The notes under the pieces were generated by a model that was given only the letters and a program-made list of their open reading frames with translations, was not told the DNA's origin and did no database searches. From a virus (lineage: Duplodnaviria > Caudoviricetes): a stretch of 45,281 nt of DNA. The number at the start of each line of letters is the position of its first letter. Within the stretch, counting starts at the first letter, position 1. Made by a program: the position numbers and the translations under genes. The DNA lies in IMG/VR virus record IMGVR_UViG_3300017914_001375, positions 1 to 45,281 of that record. One strand, 5' to 3'. Below, in pieces: positions 35,675-45,281 of this stretch.

Positions 35675-36729
35675 AAATCATAATAGTATTCTAATATACT
35701 TTTACTATTATATTTATTGATTGCATCTCTGAATTCTGCTGTTAGCTCTTGTGGTACCTTTCCTGCTTTGTACCTAACACTACCTATTGCACCTATGTTT
35801 ACATCTCCAATTTCCATTTCTAAATTTTTTGCTCTTTTTTGTGCTTGGGCTTCTATAGGTGTTCTGTACAGTAAATCAAATTGATTATAAATTCCTGTTG
35901 ATGTTGCATAATACTTTTTAAGTTTTTCAAATCCAGTTCTTTTAACTAATGGATTGATACCTCCCGGAAGTATGCTTTCATAAATTTCGTATTTTAATCT
36001 TTGTGCATACATGTTTATTCCAGTTAATTCTTCTCTGCGTTCAGCATGTATTTGTTTTTCCTTAACTACACTTATACTGTGCTTCAATACTTTGTATATA
36101 ATTTCAGGAGTGTATAAAGGTATATCTCTTACTATGTCTATATTAAGTTTGTCACATAGCAATCTATAAGACACAGTGTTGCCTATAAAGAATCCTGCAC
36201 TTAATCCTGCAATGTCTTCAGGTCCTTCGTTTTGTGCTGAATTCATAGACATTATAGGAACCTCACCGCCTAAAAACAGTGTGCCTTCTTTGTCTTTGAA
36301 TGTTTTTTCAATAAAGTACAAATGTACAGCAATTTGAGGACTTGATGTTTGGTATTTCTTAGCATACTCTAAATGTTTTCCGGTATTAAAAAAATCGTGT
36401 AAATCGATGTATACTTTTTCTAATGGTAAAGAATTTTTTTCAGCAATGATTTCTGCTTGTAAAACATCGTCCGAATTTATAGGGGTATCATTCCACAGAG
36501 TAACATAAGTATACAATGTGATAGGCACGTTTAATTGTTGTGCTACTCGTAGTGCAAACTGGCTATCTACACCGCCACTAAGGCAAACATTCGCGTGTTT
36601 AACATGCTTTAATTGTGAGACTATGTCATCAATAACAGGACGATCATTATCAGGTTTAGCAACTTTAATAATAAGTGTTTTAGTTTCAGCGTCAAACTTG
36701 AATGCTGGAGGAGAACCAAAAGTGATCAT
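35671..36729 (-). CDS. PP-loop ATP pyrophosphatase (asparagine-synthase-like) protein
   Basis: CLSGGVDS motif and K.TGFE near the C-terminus. Confidence 0.65.
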   Translation of the reverse strand: MITFGSPPAFKFDAETKTLIIKVAKPDNDRPVIDDIVSQLKHVKHANVCLSGGVDSQFALRVAQQLNVPITLYTYVTLWNDTPINSDDVLQAEIIAEKNSLPLEKVYIDLHDFFNTGKHLEYAKKYQTSSPQIAVHLYFIEKTFKDKEGTLFLGGEVPIMSMNSAQNEGPEDIAGLSAGFFIGNTVSYRLLCDKLNIDIVRDIPLYTPEIIYKVLKHSISVVKEKQIHAERREELTGINMYAQRLKYEIYESILPGGINPLVKRTGFEKLKKYYATSTGIYNQFDLLYRTPIEAQAQKRAKNLEMEIGDVNIGAIGSVRYKAGKVPQELTAEFRDAINKYNSKSILEYYYDF

Positions 36730-36820
36730 TAAAAAATATTTCCTTTACAAAAGATGATAAATATAGTTAATATACTTATGGAGCAAACGCGAATATAAAT
36801 TCGTTTTTTGGAGCAAATAA

Positions 36821-38467
36821 ATGGCAAATTATATCGTATCGCTGGACACCTCGACATACGCAAATGCAGGTGCCGCAGAGCTTGCATTAACTAATGCAGG
36901 TGCAGCAATTACAAGAACTTATCAATTTCCGTTAACGTATGGAGTCACAGCAACAACATCGCAGTTAGCAAGTCTTGCTGGTGTACTACGTTACGAAGAA
37001 GTTGGCACTGTGTTAACGGCTCAGAAAGCAGGAGGTACACCAACGTATCATCACTTGCAATCAACTTCTGTTAGCAAAAACTATAACTATTATTGGCATC
37101 CAGTGGATACCACTCATGGTCAAGGACAACATGTATACTTACTAGATACTGGTGTTGACGTTGGTCACCAAGAATTTGGTAATGCAACTAACATTAATAA
37201 CCTATATAACTGTACAAATGCTACAGGCTTTGTTGACACTGACGGTCACGGAACTGCAATGGCTAGTTTGATAGTTGGCGGCGCAATTGGTATTGCAGCA
37301 AATGCAACACTGCACAATGTAAAAATGTTTGACAACGGTAATGGTAATGTTACTGTTGGTGAAATTGTTGATGCTCTAGACAATGTACTTACTCACCACA
37401 ATAATAATACTCCTGCAGAGCCAAAAGTTGTGTGTATGCCATTCACAGTAACAAAAAATCAACTCATTGATGACAAGTTAAATGAATTACTTGATGAAAA
37501 CTTAATGTTAGTGGCTTGTGCTGGTAACAGAGGTAACGGCGTAGATGTAGACAATTATTCGCCAGGTGGTTTAGACACTATTACAACTGTTGCTTCTCAC
37601 GATGAGGCCTTTTATGCAACAACTTTTTCACAATTACCATTAAAAAATGGAACTTGGGACACAGGTAACATTCATGGATCGAATACCACAATAGTAAGAA
37701 AACTAGTACAAAACGCAGCAGAAATTGACCTTTTTGCTATTGGAACCAATGTGTCTGTTGCTGATCACTCTAATGTTTCCAACTATAACACAGTTAACGG
37801 TACAAGTGTATCATCAGCAATTGCAGCAGGAGCTGCAACTCACTTTATGAACTTGTACAGCAGTAACTCAGCTCAAACTATTAAATCGTACATGGTTAGT
37901 AGAGGACACGAAGCAGCTAAACTTAGACGTTCCACAACTCCAGACGGGGCGGAGCACCATCATCCTGTTTTAGCATATGACAATTTGACATTCCCTGCAG
38001 GTAAAGTAGCAGATTGGGACAAGATTTCATTATCTATCTTGAGTGTACCGATGACTTCGCAAGTATCATTCACAACAATCCCATCAGGTAGATTGCTAAA
38101 TGTACAATATGGACAAACAGCAAACGTTAATATTGGATTATCAAACGCTGTTTCTAATGTTGCTGTGCTTGACTTTAGTCCACTAAGTCCATGGATGTCA
38201 TTTAACACATCAACAGGGGTAGTTGTAGCAGATACTTCAAATGCTACACTTGCACCGGCAAACGTATCGCCAGGCATTTATCACTTTGCTGTCAAAGGAC
38301 AAGTAGGTGATACTGTACACGTTGAAGAATACAGCGTTGGTGTGTATGCAAACAATGTATCAGAACTGAATAGTGCAACTGAATTCTACTACGATGACGA
38401 CGAAGAGTCATACGAAGAAGTTGTTGCATACAATGTTGGCGTTTTCCAATATCAACAGCTCAAATAA
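36821..38467 (+). CDS. S8 subtilisin-family serine protease with prodomain and C-terminal Ig-like region
   Basis: LDTG (Asp), HGT (His), AGN (oxyanion), GTS (Ser). GGAG RBS, TAAATA at 36758-36763. Confidence 0.92.
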   Translation: MANYIVSLDTSTYANAGAAELALTNAGAAITRTYQFPLTYGVTATTSQLASLAGVLRYEEVGTVLTAQKAGGTPTYHHLQSTSVSKNYNYYWHPVDTTHGQGQHVYLLDTGVDVGHQEFGNATNINNLYNCTNATGFVDTDGHGTAMASLIVGGAIGIAANATLHNVKMFDNGNGNVTVGEIVDALDNVLTHHNNNTPAEPKVVCMPFTVTKNQLIDDKLNELLDENLMLVACAGNRGNGVDVDNYSPGGLDTITTVASHDEAFYATTFSQLPLKNGTWDTGNIHGSNTTIVRKLVQNAAEIDLFAIGTNVSVADHSNVSNYNTVNGTSVSSAIAAGAATHFMNLYSSNSAQTIKSYMVSRGHEAAKLRRSTTPDGAEHHHPVLAYDNLTFPAGKVADWDKISLSILSVPMTSQVSFTTIPSGRLLNVQYGQTANVNIGLSNAVSNVAVLDFSPLSPWMSFNTSTGVVVADTSNATLAPANVSPGIYHFAVKGQVGDTVHVEEYSVGVYANNVSELNSATEFYYDDDEESYEEVVAYNVGVFQYQQLK

Positions 38468-38485
38468 CATTATTTGATATAAATC

Positions 38486-38516
38486 AAGGTGCTAAATATA
38501 TTTGGCACCTTTTTTT
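38486..38516 (+). terminator. terminator-like hairpin containing a late promoter
   Basis: AAGGTGCTAAA-TATA-TTTGGCACCTT plus T tract, with TAAATA at 38493-38498. Confidence 0.7.
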
Positions 38517-39491
38517 ATGACTTTACAAAATATCAGAATAGACACAACCACACGATCAACTGTATTCAATCCGCTGAGTGCTAGTGGTCAGTGGCTGTGT
38601 TCTGCATTTGGCAGAAGAACACCAGGAGACTTTGACGCTAAGTATCCAACCTTAATCGAAGCAACACAAGATCTCACTGACTTACAATCTATAACACTGT
38701 ATAGCGAATACGGTGACTCAATGGAGTGGCCTCACATTTCAAGTTTTGTACAAGTCATGTCTATACAAGGTGTTTATGTTATGATCAATACTTACGGTAT
38801 GTTTGATCACAAACTATGTGATAAATTAAAAGATCAAAGTGTAAACGTAATTTTTGACATAGATGGAATTTATGAACAATCAGGAAAAGTTTTCTTACAC
38901 AGTAATTGGAAAATCATCAAAGAAAACATACTTAAATTAGGTTCTAAAGCACGAGTTAAATTTTACAAGTTCAAACACAATGCTTATCAACAAAATGCGT
39001 TACAGCGGTTCTGTGACGCTTGTAGAGCTACTTTAGAGGTGGTTGAGGATCCATTATTTGGTAGGAATATACACTCTGTTATAGACGAAAATGCTAATTG
39101 GTTGTACGACATACACCCTGCGAATTCACAAGAGCCTACACTTAATAAAACTATGTTAGGTTGGAATATTTTAAAAACAAAGGTGAGAAAAGGAAAAGGT
39201 ACATCTATTGAACACAGAAAACATATACCTGTGCCCCCTCATGCAACACCGTTAACCAGTGATGATTTTATCAATATCACTGTCAAAGGACATGTTATTA
39301 AAGGAAGTTCTAGAGCACAGATCTTTAGTAATGCATTGTGCGAAGATTGGCAAATTGACATGATTGACACCAACAACAAATACAATGCATCTGTTGTTAA
39401 TGAACTAAGTTTGTTTACAAAAAAAGATTTAGACAGTATTAATATTTACAAAAATAATATACTAGATATCACTACGCAACTTTCACAGTAG
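38517..39491 (+). CDS. radical-SAM-like protein lacking the CxxxCxxC motif
   Basis: TTRSTVFNPLS at the cluster position, then YGD, NTYG, FDIDG and FKHN..Q motifs. Confidence 0.6.
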   Translation: MTLQNIRIDTTTRSTVFNPLSASGQWLCSAFGRRTPGDFDAKYPTLIEATQDLTDLQSITLYSEYGDSMEWPHISSFVQVMSIQGVYVMINTYGMFDHKLCDKLKDQSVNVIFDIDGIYEQSGKVFLHSNWKIIKENILKLGSKARVKFYKFKHNAYQQNALQRFCDACRATLEVVEDPLFGRNIHSVIDENANWLYDIHPANSQEPTLNKTMLGWNILKTKVRKGKGTSIEHRKHIPVPPHATPLTSDDFINITVKGHVIKGSSRAQIFSNALCEDWQIDMIDTNNKYNASVVNELSLFTKKDLDSINIYKNNILDITTQLSQ

Positions 39492-39741
39492 GCGAGCCGC
39501 TAGTAACACTGTGTCCGCAACTGGCTGTTGTTCCTTGTTTAGCCACAATACCGCCATCTGCTTTTACTGTAGGTGAACCATTAGAAACCAACACAGAGCT
39601 TGTGTGCGGTGCTTTTCCATGTGGTGCAACAGAGTCGCCAATTAACGAAACATTTTTTCCATCAGCAAAAACTGTAGGTGCACCTGGACCTATAATAATG
39701 CCTTTTGCGGCATCAGCCTTTACTCTTGCACAATCTGCCAT
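39472..39741 (-). CDS. PAAR-repeat spike-tip protein (T4 gp5.4-like)
   Basis: G.PTV..DG repeats, H...PH and CGH....GS.TV. Confidence 0.88.
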   Translation of the reverse strand: MADCARVKADAAKGIIIGPGAPTVFADGKNVSLIGDSVAPHGKAPHTSSVLVSNGSPTVKADGGIVAKQGTTASCGHSVTSGSPTVKVA

Positions 39742-39746
39742 AATAA

Positions 39747-40061
39747 TTATTTATCAGACTTACTTTCTTCTTGATAGTTGTCTGCAACATTAATAATATT
39801 TTCATAGTCCTTTGCACTTCTTTCATGTGTTTCAACAATACTCATTACTTGAGATGTTGGAACACTTATCATGCTTGCAGGACCTGTGAATAGATAAGGA
39901 ATTAGTGCTAATTCCTCGCCATTGATAACCACAATACGTGGTTCTAATAATTCTAATACATTGTTATCTTCGTCGTGTGCTGCAAGTTGTGCTACAACTT
40001 CAATGCCCGCGACAAACTTAATGGTAACGATTTTACCAGTGAGGTCTTCTAAATTATACAT
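39747..40061 (-). CDS. Sm-like fold phage protein
   Basis: IVTIKFVAG.EVVA...L.EP...PY pattern, similar to 609..896. AGGAG RBS. Confidence 0.55.
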   Translation of the reverse strand: MYNLEDLTGKIVTIKFVAGIEVVAQLAAHDEDNNVLELLEPRIVVINGEELALIPYLFTGPASMISVPTSQVMSIVETHERSAKDYENIINVADNYQEESKSDK

Positions 40062-40070
40062 GTGTGTCTC

Positions 40071-41171
40071 CTAAAGACTAAAGCCTTTAAATGTGTCCTC
40101 AGTTACGTCTTGTTTAGTACCACCAATAACGTAACTGCTAATTTCTGTTTCTTGTGGTGCTACTTGTACTTCTCCACCACCAATCCATTTTTGTGTCCAT
40201 GGCAGTGGGTTTGAACCTGCAGTGTATACTTTTTCTAAACCAATGTTTTGCATACGTTTTGCTGCAATCCATTCCACATATTGCTTGAGCAATTCTGCAT
40301 TTAGACCAATAATACTGCCGTCTTTAAACAAATAATCAGCCCATGCTTTTTCTTGTTCTACAGCATCAATGAACATTTGCTTGCTTTCTTCTGCTGTTTC
40401 TTTGGCAATCTTTGCAAAGTCTTTGTCTTCTTTAACAAGTAATTTTAACATGTGCTGTGTGCTTGCTAAATGAACATTTTCGTCACGTGCAATTAGTTTG
40501 ATAATTTTTGCATTGCCTTCCATTTTTTTAACTTCTGCAAAAGCCCAACTACAAGCAAAGGAAACATAAAAGCGAACACCTTCTAAAATGTTCACGCTCA
40601 TTATACATTTCCAAATTCTCTTTTTGTGCTCATACTCGTCATACTTTTTACTGTTTTGACGCATGAGATCATTATACTCTAACAGTTCATTGTATGATTC
40701 TGTAATACTATCAGCACAATCAACGATTTCATTAATGCTGGTCATTTCATCAAAAACTTTGCTCGGGTCAGGATATACGTTTCTGATGATATGTGTATAA
40801 CTTCTGCTGTGAATTGTTTCACTAAATGCCCATGTCTCAATCCAGGTTTCTAATTCTGGAATGCTAACAATAGGCAAGAATACCACATTAGGTGAACGGC
40901 CTTGTACACTGTCTAACAGAATTTGTCTTTTTAAATTACTAGTAAAGATATGTTTTTCGTGGTCTGCTAGATCTTTAAAATCCTTTGCATCACGCAAAAT
41001 ATCTACTTCCTCAGGTCTCCAAAAGAAACCCAATTGCTTATCAGTTAATTTGTCAAACTGACGGTATTTCACAGAGTCATATCTCTGCATACCAACACCA
41101 CCTTCTGGATCTAAAAACATTTTAGCCTCCATATGGTTGTATTTCTTATTTGTGTTTAAAACTGATTTCAT
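40071..41171 (-). CDS. nrdB: ribonucleotide reductase class Ia beta subunit
   Basis: FFWRPEE, ETIHSRSY, EGVRF, RDENVH and APQETEISSY. ATGA overlap with nrdA. Confidence 0.97.
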   Translation of the reverse strand: MKSVLNTNKKYNHMEAKMFLDPEGGVGMQRYDSVKYRQFDKLTDKQLGFFWRPEEVDILRDAKDFKDLADHEKHIFTSNLKRQILLDSVQGRSPNVVFLPIVSIPELETWIETWAFSETIHSRSYTHIIRNVYPDPSKVFDEMTSINEIVDCADSITESYNELLEYNDLMRQNSKKYDEYEHKKRIWKCIMSVNILEGVRFYVSFACSWAFAEVKKMEGNAKIIKLIARDENVHLASTQHMLKLLVKEDKDFAKIAKETAEESKQMFIDAVEQEKAWADYLFKDGSIIGLNAELLKQYVEWIAAKRMQNIGLEKVYTAGSNPLPWTQKWIGGGEVQVAPQETEISSYVIGGTKQDVTEDTFKGFSL

Positions 41172-43468
41172 ATTTTGCAACTTTCGCAGTCCTCATCGTC
41201 GTCTAGATTAGTGATAGTATTTACCTCTACTACTTTTCTTGTTTCTTCTTTATTTGTATCAATTTCGCCTTGTCCGTCAAACGTATTATTGTAATACAAC
41301 TGCTTACCGCCATACTTATAAAACATTAATAGATCTTGAATCAATTGACTCATCGGCACTTTTTCATCGTCGTAGTGCTCAGGATTGTATGATGTGTTTA
41401 CTGAGATACCTTGATCGATATATTTTTGTAATACTGCCATAATTTTTAAGTATCCTTGTGGAGATTTCTGATCCCACAACAAGTCATACTTGTTTTTTAA
41501 TCTTGGATAGCCAGGTACAACTTGTTTTAATACACCATGCTTACTTTGCTTGATGCTAATATAACTGCGAGGCGGTTCAATACCGTTTGTGCTGTTACTT
41601 ATTTGTGCAGAAGTTTCTGCAGGCATAAGTGCCATTAATGTACTGTTTCTAATACCAGTTTCTTTTAACTGCTTACGCAAACCTTTCCAATCCTGTCTTT
41701 CTTTGTGCTTAACTAATTCATCAACATCTTTTTTGTATGTTTGATTAGGAGTAATGCCATGTCCATATTTTGTTTCCATCAAACCAGAGATAGCACCTTT
41801 TTCCACAGCCAAGTCAGCACTTGCTTTAATTAAATAATAACTCCATGCTTCGGTCCATTCGTCAATCAAATCCAAGTCAGGTTCTTGATAAGATGTATCA
41901 TGCTTTGCTAACCAGTAAGCAAAGTTAATAATACCAACACCTAGCGGACGTCTTTTCATTGTGCTAAGTTCTGCTGCTAACACTGGATAACTTTGATAGT
42001 CTAGTAGTTCGTCAAGTCCTCTTACTGCTAAATCACAAACACTCTCAAACTCTGCAGGATTTTTAATTACTCCCCAATTGATTGCACTCAGTGTGCACAG
42101 GCTAATTTCGCCTTCCTCGTCTTGAACATTAGACAGTGGTTTAGTTGGTAGATCAATTTCACAACACAAATTACTTTGTTTAATTGGTGCTACTTCTTCA
42201 ACAAATGCACCATGGGTATTAGCATGGTCTACATTCATTAAATAAATTCTACCTGTGTCTTTACGTTCTTGCACAAAAGCACTAAACAAATCAATTGCTT
42301 TTACGGTTTTCTTTCTAATACTTGTCTTACGTTCTGCTGCTTCATATAACTCTTTGAACTTGCCTTGATCTGCAAAGAATGCATCATATAAACCAGGCAC
42401 ATCATTGGGTGAAAACAAAGTTATGTCGCCGCCACTTACTAGCCTTTCGTACATCAGTTTATTGAACTGTACGCCGTAGTCCATGTGCCTAACACGATTG
42501 TCGTCTGTGCCTTTATTGTTCTTTAATACTAGTAAGTCCTCAACTTCTAAATGCCAAATTGGGTAATATAGTGTAGCGGCTCCGCCTCTTACACCGCCTT
42601 GGCTACAACTTTTTACTGAACTTTGGAACAACTTGTAAAAAGGAATAACGCCCGTATGTGTCGCATCACCATTTCTAATAGGAGAACCAATTGCTCTAAT
42701 ACTGCCTGCACCAATACCAATGCCTGCCTTTTGGCTTACATATTTTACTACTGCACTTGATGTTGCATTAATGCTGTCTAAACTGTCGCCAGTTTCAATT
42801 AGTACACAACTGCTAAACTGTCTTTGTGGTGTACGCACACCTGCCATTACAGGTGTAGGCAAACTGATTTTAAATGTGCTAATTGCATCATAATATGCTT
42901 TCACATATTTCATTCTTGTTTCTGCAGGATAATTAGAAAACAGTGTAGCACTGATCATCATGTATGCAACCTGTGGTGTTTCGTATACGTCACCTGTTGC
43001 TCTGTTTTGTACAAGATATTTGCCGCGGAATTGCTCCATAGCTGCATAAGTCAAATATTCATCTCTACTGTGATCAATAAAATCCTGCAGTTGATTGATT
43101 TCTTCTTTGGTATACAGACTTCTAAACTCAGAGTCATAAAAACCTGCATCAATATTTTTATCCACAATATCGCATAAGCAAGGCGGCTCAAAAGTGCCGT
43201 AAACTTGTTTACGCAAATGATAGTTAATTAGTCTACCTGCTACATATTGATAGTTGGGTGTTTCTTCTGAGATAAGATCAGCAGCACTTTTAATAAGTGT
43301 TTCTTGAATATCTGCTGTGGTGATTGAATTGTAAAATTGAATTTGACTGTTTATTTCGACTTCGCTGGCACTAACACCGCTAATCCCTTCACAGGCATAT
43401 TGAACAACTTTGTGTAACTTATCGATGTTAATCTCTTCAAGTTGTCCTGAACGCTTTCTTACCTGCAT
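41168..43468 (-). CDS. nrdA: ribonucleotide reductase class Ia alpha subunit
   Basis: ATP cone (VRKRSG), SSC, SNLCCE, LCTL, LYY and C-terminal CESC. Confidence 0.98.
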   Translation of the reverse strand: MQVRKRSGQLEEINIDKLHKVVQYACEGISGVSASEVEINSQIQFYNSITTADIQETLIKSAADLISEETPNYQYVAGRLINYHLRKQVYGTFEPPCLCDIVDKNIDAGFYDSEFRSLYTKEEINQLQDFIDHSRDEYLTYAAMEQFRGKYLVQNRATGDVYETPQVAYMMISATLFSNYPAETRMKYVKAYYDAISTFKISLPTPVMAGVRTPQRQFSSCVLIETGDSLDSINATSSAVVKYVSQKAGIGIGAGSIRAIGSPIRNGDATHTGVIPFYKLFQSSVKSCSQGGVRGGAATLYYPIWHLEVEDLLVLKNNKGTDDNRVRHMDYGVQFNKLMYERLVSGGDITLFSPNDVPGLYDAFFADQGKFKELYEAAERKTSIRKKTVKAIDLFSAFVQERKDTGRIYLMNVDHANTHGAFVEEVAPIKQSNLCCEIDLPTKPLSNVQDEEGEISLCTLSAINWGVIKNPAEFESVCDLAVRGLDELLDYQSYPVLAAELSTMKRRPLGVGIINFAYWLAKHDTSYQEPDLDLIDEWTEAWSYYLIKASADLAVEKGAISGLMETKYGHGITPNQTYKKDVDELVKHKERQDWKGLRKQLKETGIRNSTLMALMPAETSAQISNSTNGIEPPRSYISIKQSKHGVLKQVVPGYPRLKNKYDLLWDQKSPQGYLKIMAVLQKYIDQGISVNTSYNPEHYDDEKVPMSQLIQDLLMFYKYGGKQLYYNNTFDGQGEIDTNKEETRKVVEVNTITNLDDDEDCESCKI

Positions 43469-43516
43469 GTGTATCTCTCTTGTTTTTGTTTGTTCGTTAA
43501 AAGTAAAACGTGTAAA

Positions 43517-43561
43517 TATTTACCAGTGTGTCATTGTACAATAAAACAGTACAAATGTCAA
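43517..43561 (-). promoter_or_regulatory. tandem sigma70 and late promoters of nrdAB
   Basis: TTGACA(43556-61)-17-TACAAT(43533-38) plus TAAATA(43517-22). Confidence 0.75.
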
Positions 43562-43989
43562 CGAAAAAGTTGATTAACTTGCACTGTGTGACTGCCAAAT
43601 TGTGTGCTGTTTTCTTTCATCTCATCTACGGAAACTGCTTTATCTGATAAGAAGTTATAGACTTGATTTTCATATAGTAACACTAGTCCGTCATTACCGT
43701 TCGTATGATTACTTATCACTAAAAATTTTAACTCGTCTGAAGTTATGAACTGTTTTCTGACCAGTGTTGCTGTCAGTATAAGTGTGATGCCTGATTGACA
43801 AAGATAGCCTTCTCTGACTATGTCAAAAACATTTGGCCAACTTTTAGGGGTATAGTAATCAATATACCTTGGGATAGGTTTGATACTAGCAAATTCATCT
43901 AAAACTTCTTGAATGTTGCTATGATGTTTTTGCCTAACTTCTCGCCATGCTGATAATCTGTCGTCAGGGCTTTGGTGTTTATAAAACAT
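43558..43989 (-). CDS. hypothetical protein
   Basis: 143-aa ORF with RL.AW...R and P.SWP motifs. Confidence 0.75.
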   Translation of the reverse strand: MFYKHQSPDDRLSAWREVRQKHHSNIQEVLDEFASIKPIPRYIDYYTPKSWPNVFDIVREGYLCQSGITLILTATLVRKQFITSDELKFLVISNHTNGNDGLVLLYENQVYNFLSDKAVSVDEMKENSTQFGSHTVQVNQLFR

Positions 43990-44006
43990 AAAAATAACTT
44001 AAATTA

Positions 44007-45281
44007 TTAATCGCCCCATCTTCTCACAATGTATCTCATTGTAAGATCAGTAGAAGGGCTAAGAGTATTGTTAACTTGAATTACTGCTGACGAACCGTCT
44101 ATGTTACCAGAGAATTGAACATCACCTGTTACTCCAGTTGCAACATCTGTAAAGTTATCATTTAGTGCAATTTCGTCTGTTAAGTCATCACCTGAGTACA
44201 TCAATCTTCCAACACGTCTATATCTGTTAGATGAAGTGCCACCTACCATGCTGTATTCAACGATTAATGTTTGGAAGTCATCGGCTAATGCTAAACCTAA
44301 TTCGCTAACAGTTTGTAGACCTGTTGATAATGTTAATTGTTCAGGAGAAGTAAAACTTGTTGTTGCTGTACCAGCTGCTAATGCTTCTGATGTTAAAAAC
44401 TCGATGTTAGTTTTGATATTAAGCAATCCTCTGATATCTGTGTTAGTAGATTCAAAGTATAAGTTATTTAATATCTGTGAAAAATCTTTTGCTTCATCTC
44501 TGCTTTCAAAACTCATCTCACCAAACGCACTATCAATTTTCAAGTCCCATGTATTAAACTGTGATGGAGATTGGAACTCTTGGTTAGAGTAAATTTCTTT
44601 GAACAAGTTTAGATTAACATTATCTCTCACAGAGTCCATCCATTCTTCTAACTTAGCCTTAACTGTTGCATTTTGTTTTGTGTATTCACCACCAGTGAGT
44701 CCGAGACTACTCAATGTATCTTTTGAGTCGTTATGTATCTTAAAATTGAACGGTGTTTTTTGTACTGCTTCAGCATGTGTTAAATACAGTTTATTAGGTG
44801 TACCAGGTATGCTGCTCAGTTTAGGCCATTTATTGTAATTGTTAGTTGTTGTTTTTGCTGACTCTACACTGTCTGCAGAAGATAAGTCAGCAGCAAATAC
44901 AGGTGTTGCACTCACAGTAGCATTTGACACTACCGGTGTAAATGATAAATCAATAATATTAGCAGTAATGTTGGTGCCGTAATTAACAATAAATGTGTTA
45001 GCATTTCCAGTAACTTCTGCTGTAAAATTTCCAATACCGGTGCCCGCAGTTTTTAGTGTAACAGTATTACCGTTAGGTATTCCGTGTCTATCACTGTTAA
45101 CAACAACGTTAGAATTAACCCCATCTTTAAACACTACTGCTGAAACACTCACCGCACTATTAGAAACGCTAGAAAAATCCAAATCTAAATCTATAGTATT
45201 ATTCAATGTTGAAACAGCAGTAATGTCCGCTTCAACTTCATGTAGTCCTGATACATTTGCTGCTTCTAAGAAATAGATAGA
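44007..45281 (-). CDS. large virion structural protein, C-terminal part (5'-truncated by window)
   Basis: Open to the window edge. Ser/Thr/Asn/Val-rich beta composition typical of tail or baseplate proteins. Confidence 0.65.
   Translation of the reverse strand, partial: SIYFLEAANVSGLHEVEADITAVSTLNNTIDLDLDFSSVSNSAVSVSAVVFKDGVNSNVVVNSDRHGIPNGNTVTLKTAGTGIGNFTAEVTGNANTFIVNYGTNITANIIDLSFTPVVSNATVSATPVFAADLSSADSVESAKTTTNNYNKWPKLSSIPGTPNKLYLTHAEAVQKTPFNFKIHNDSKDTLSSLGLTGGEYTKQNATVKAKLEEWMDSVRDNVNLNLFKEIYSNQEFQSPSQFNTWDLKIDSAFGEMSFESRDEAKDFSQILNNLYFESTNTDIRGLLNIKTNIEFLTSEALAAGTATTSFTSPEQLTLSTGLQTVSELGLALADDFQTLIVEYSMVGGTSSNRYRRVGRLMYSGDDLTDEIALNDNFTDVATGVTGDVQFSGNIDGSSAVIQVNNTLSPSTDLTMRYIVRRWGD

Noticed and set aside
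35671-36729. TilS (would pair with the CAU tRNA)
   Set aside because: Only SGGxDS is shared. The TilS-specific H...R, AR..RY and H..DD motifs are not visible.
36779-36817. TGGAGCAAA direct repeat flanking a small hairpin in the S8 leader
   Set aside because: It is short and AT-rich, and one copy is simply the RBS. This is not enough to call a regulatory element.
40071-43468. Introns or inteins in nrdA/nrdB
   Set aside because: Both ORFs are continuous and of normal length.

Overview
A 45.3 kb segment of a large, AT-rich, lytic myophage genome. It looks T4-like or jumbo-type and probably aquatic, and a proteobacterial host is only an inference. It is read in standard code 11. The window holds 15 CCA-encoded tRNAs, including a rare tRNA-Ile(UAU) beside a probable tRNA-Ile2(CAU), and two tRNA-Thr(UGU). 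Recognisable enzymes are class Ia ribonucleotide reductase (nrdAB), UV endonuclease UvsE, isocitrate lyase, peptide deformylase, a GH6 cellulase-family enzyme, a SleB-type cell wall hydrolase, an S8 protease and a class 3 lipase, plus a PAAR protein. There are also about six 2OG-Fe(II) oxygenases and many glycan-tailoring enzymes. A plus-strand late block (6.6-17.8 kb) encodes probable virion and internal-head proteins with prohead-protease-like sites. Two promoter classes are readable directly: near-consensus sigma70 (TTGACA-16/17-TATAAT) and T4-like late TAAATA. The late motif very often sits 5-6 nt before an ATG, which implies leaderless mRNAs. The least explained signals are: (i) several structured non-tRNA RNAs inside the tRNA operons, three ending in a stem plus CCA, in a genome with two Sm-fold proteins; (ii) modular packaged polyproteins; (iii) a cysteine-less radical-SAM homologue in an S8 protease/PP-loop/oxygenase/lipase/PAAR module. 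All calls come from motif reading by eye. No searches or folding computations were run.
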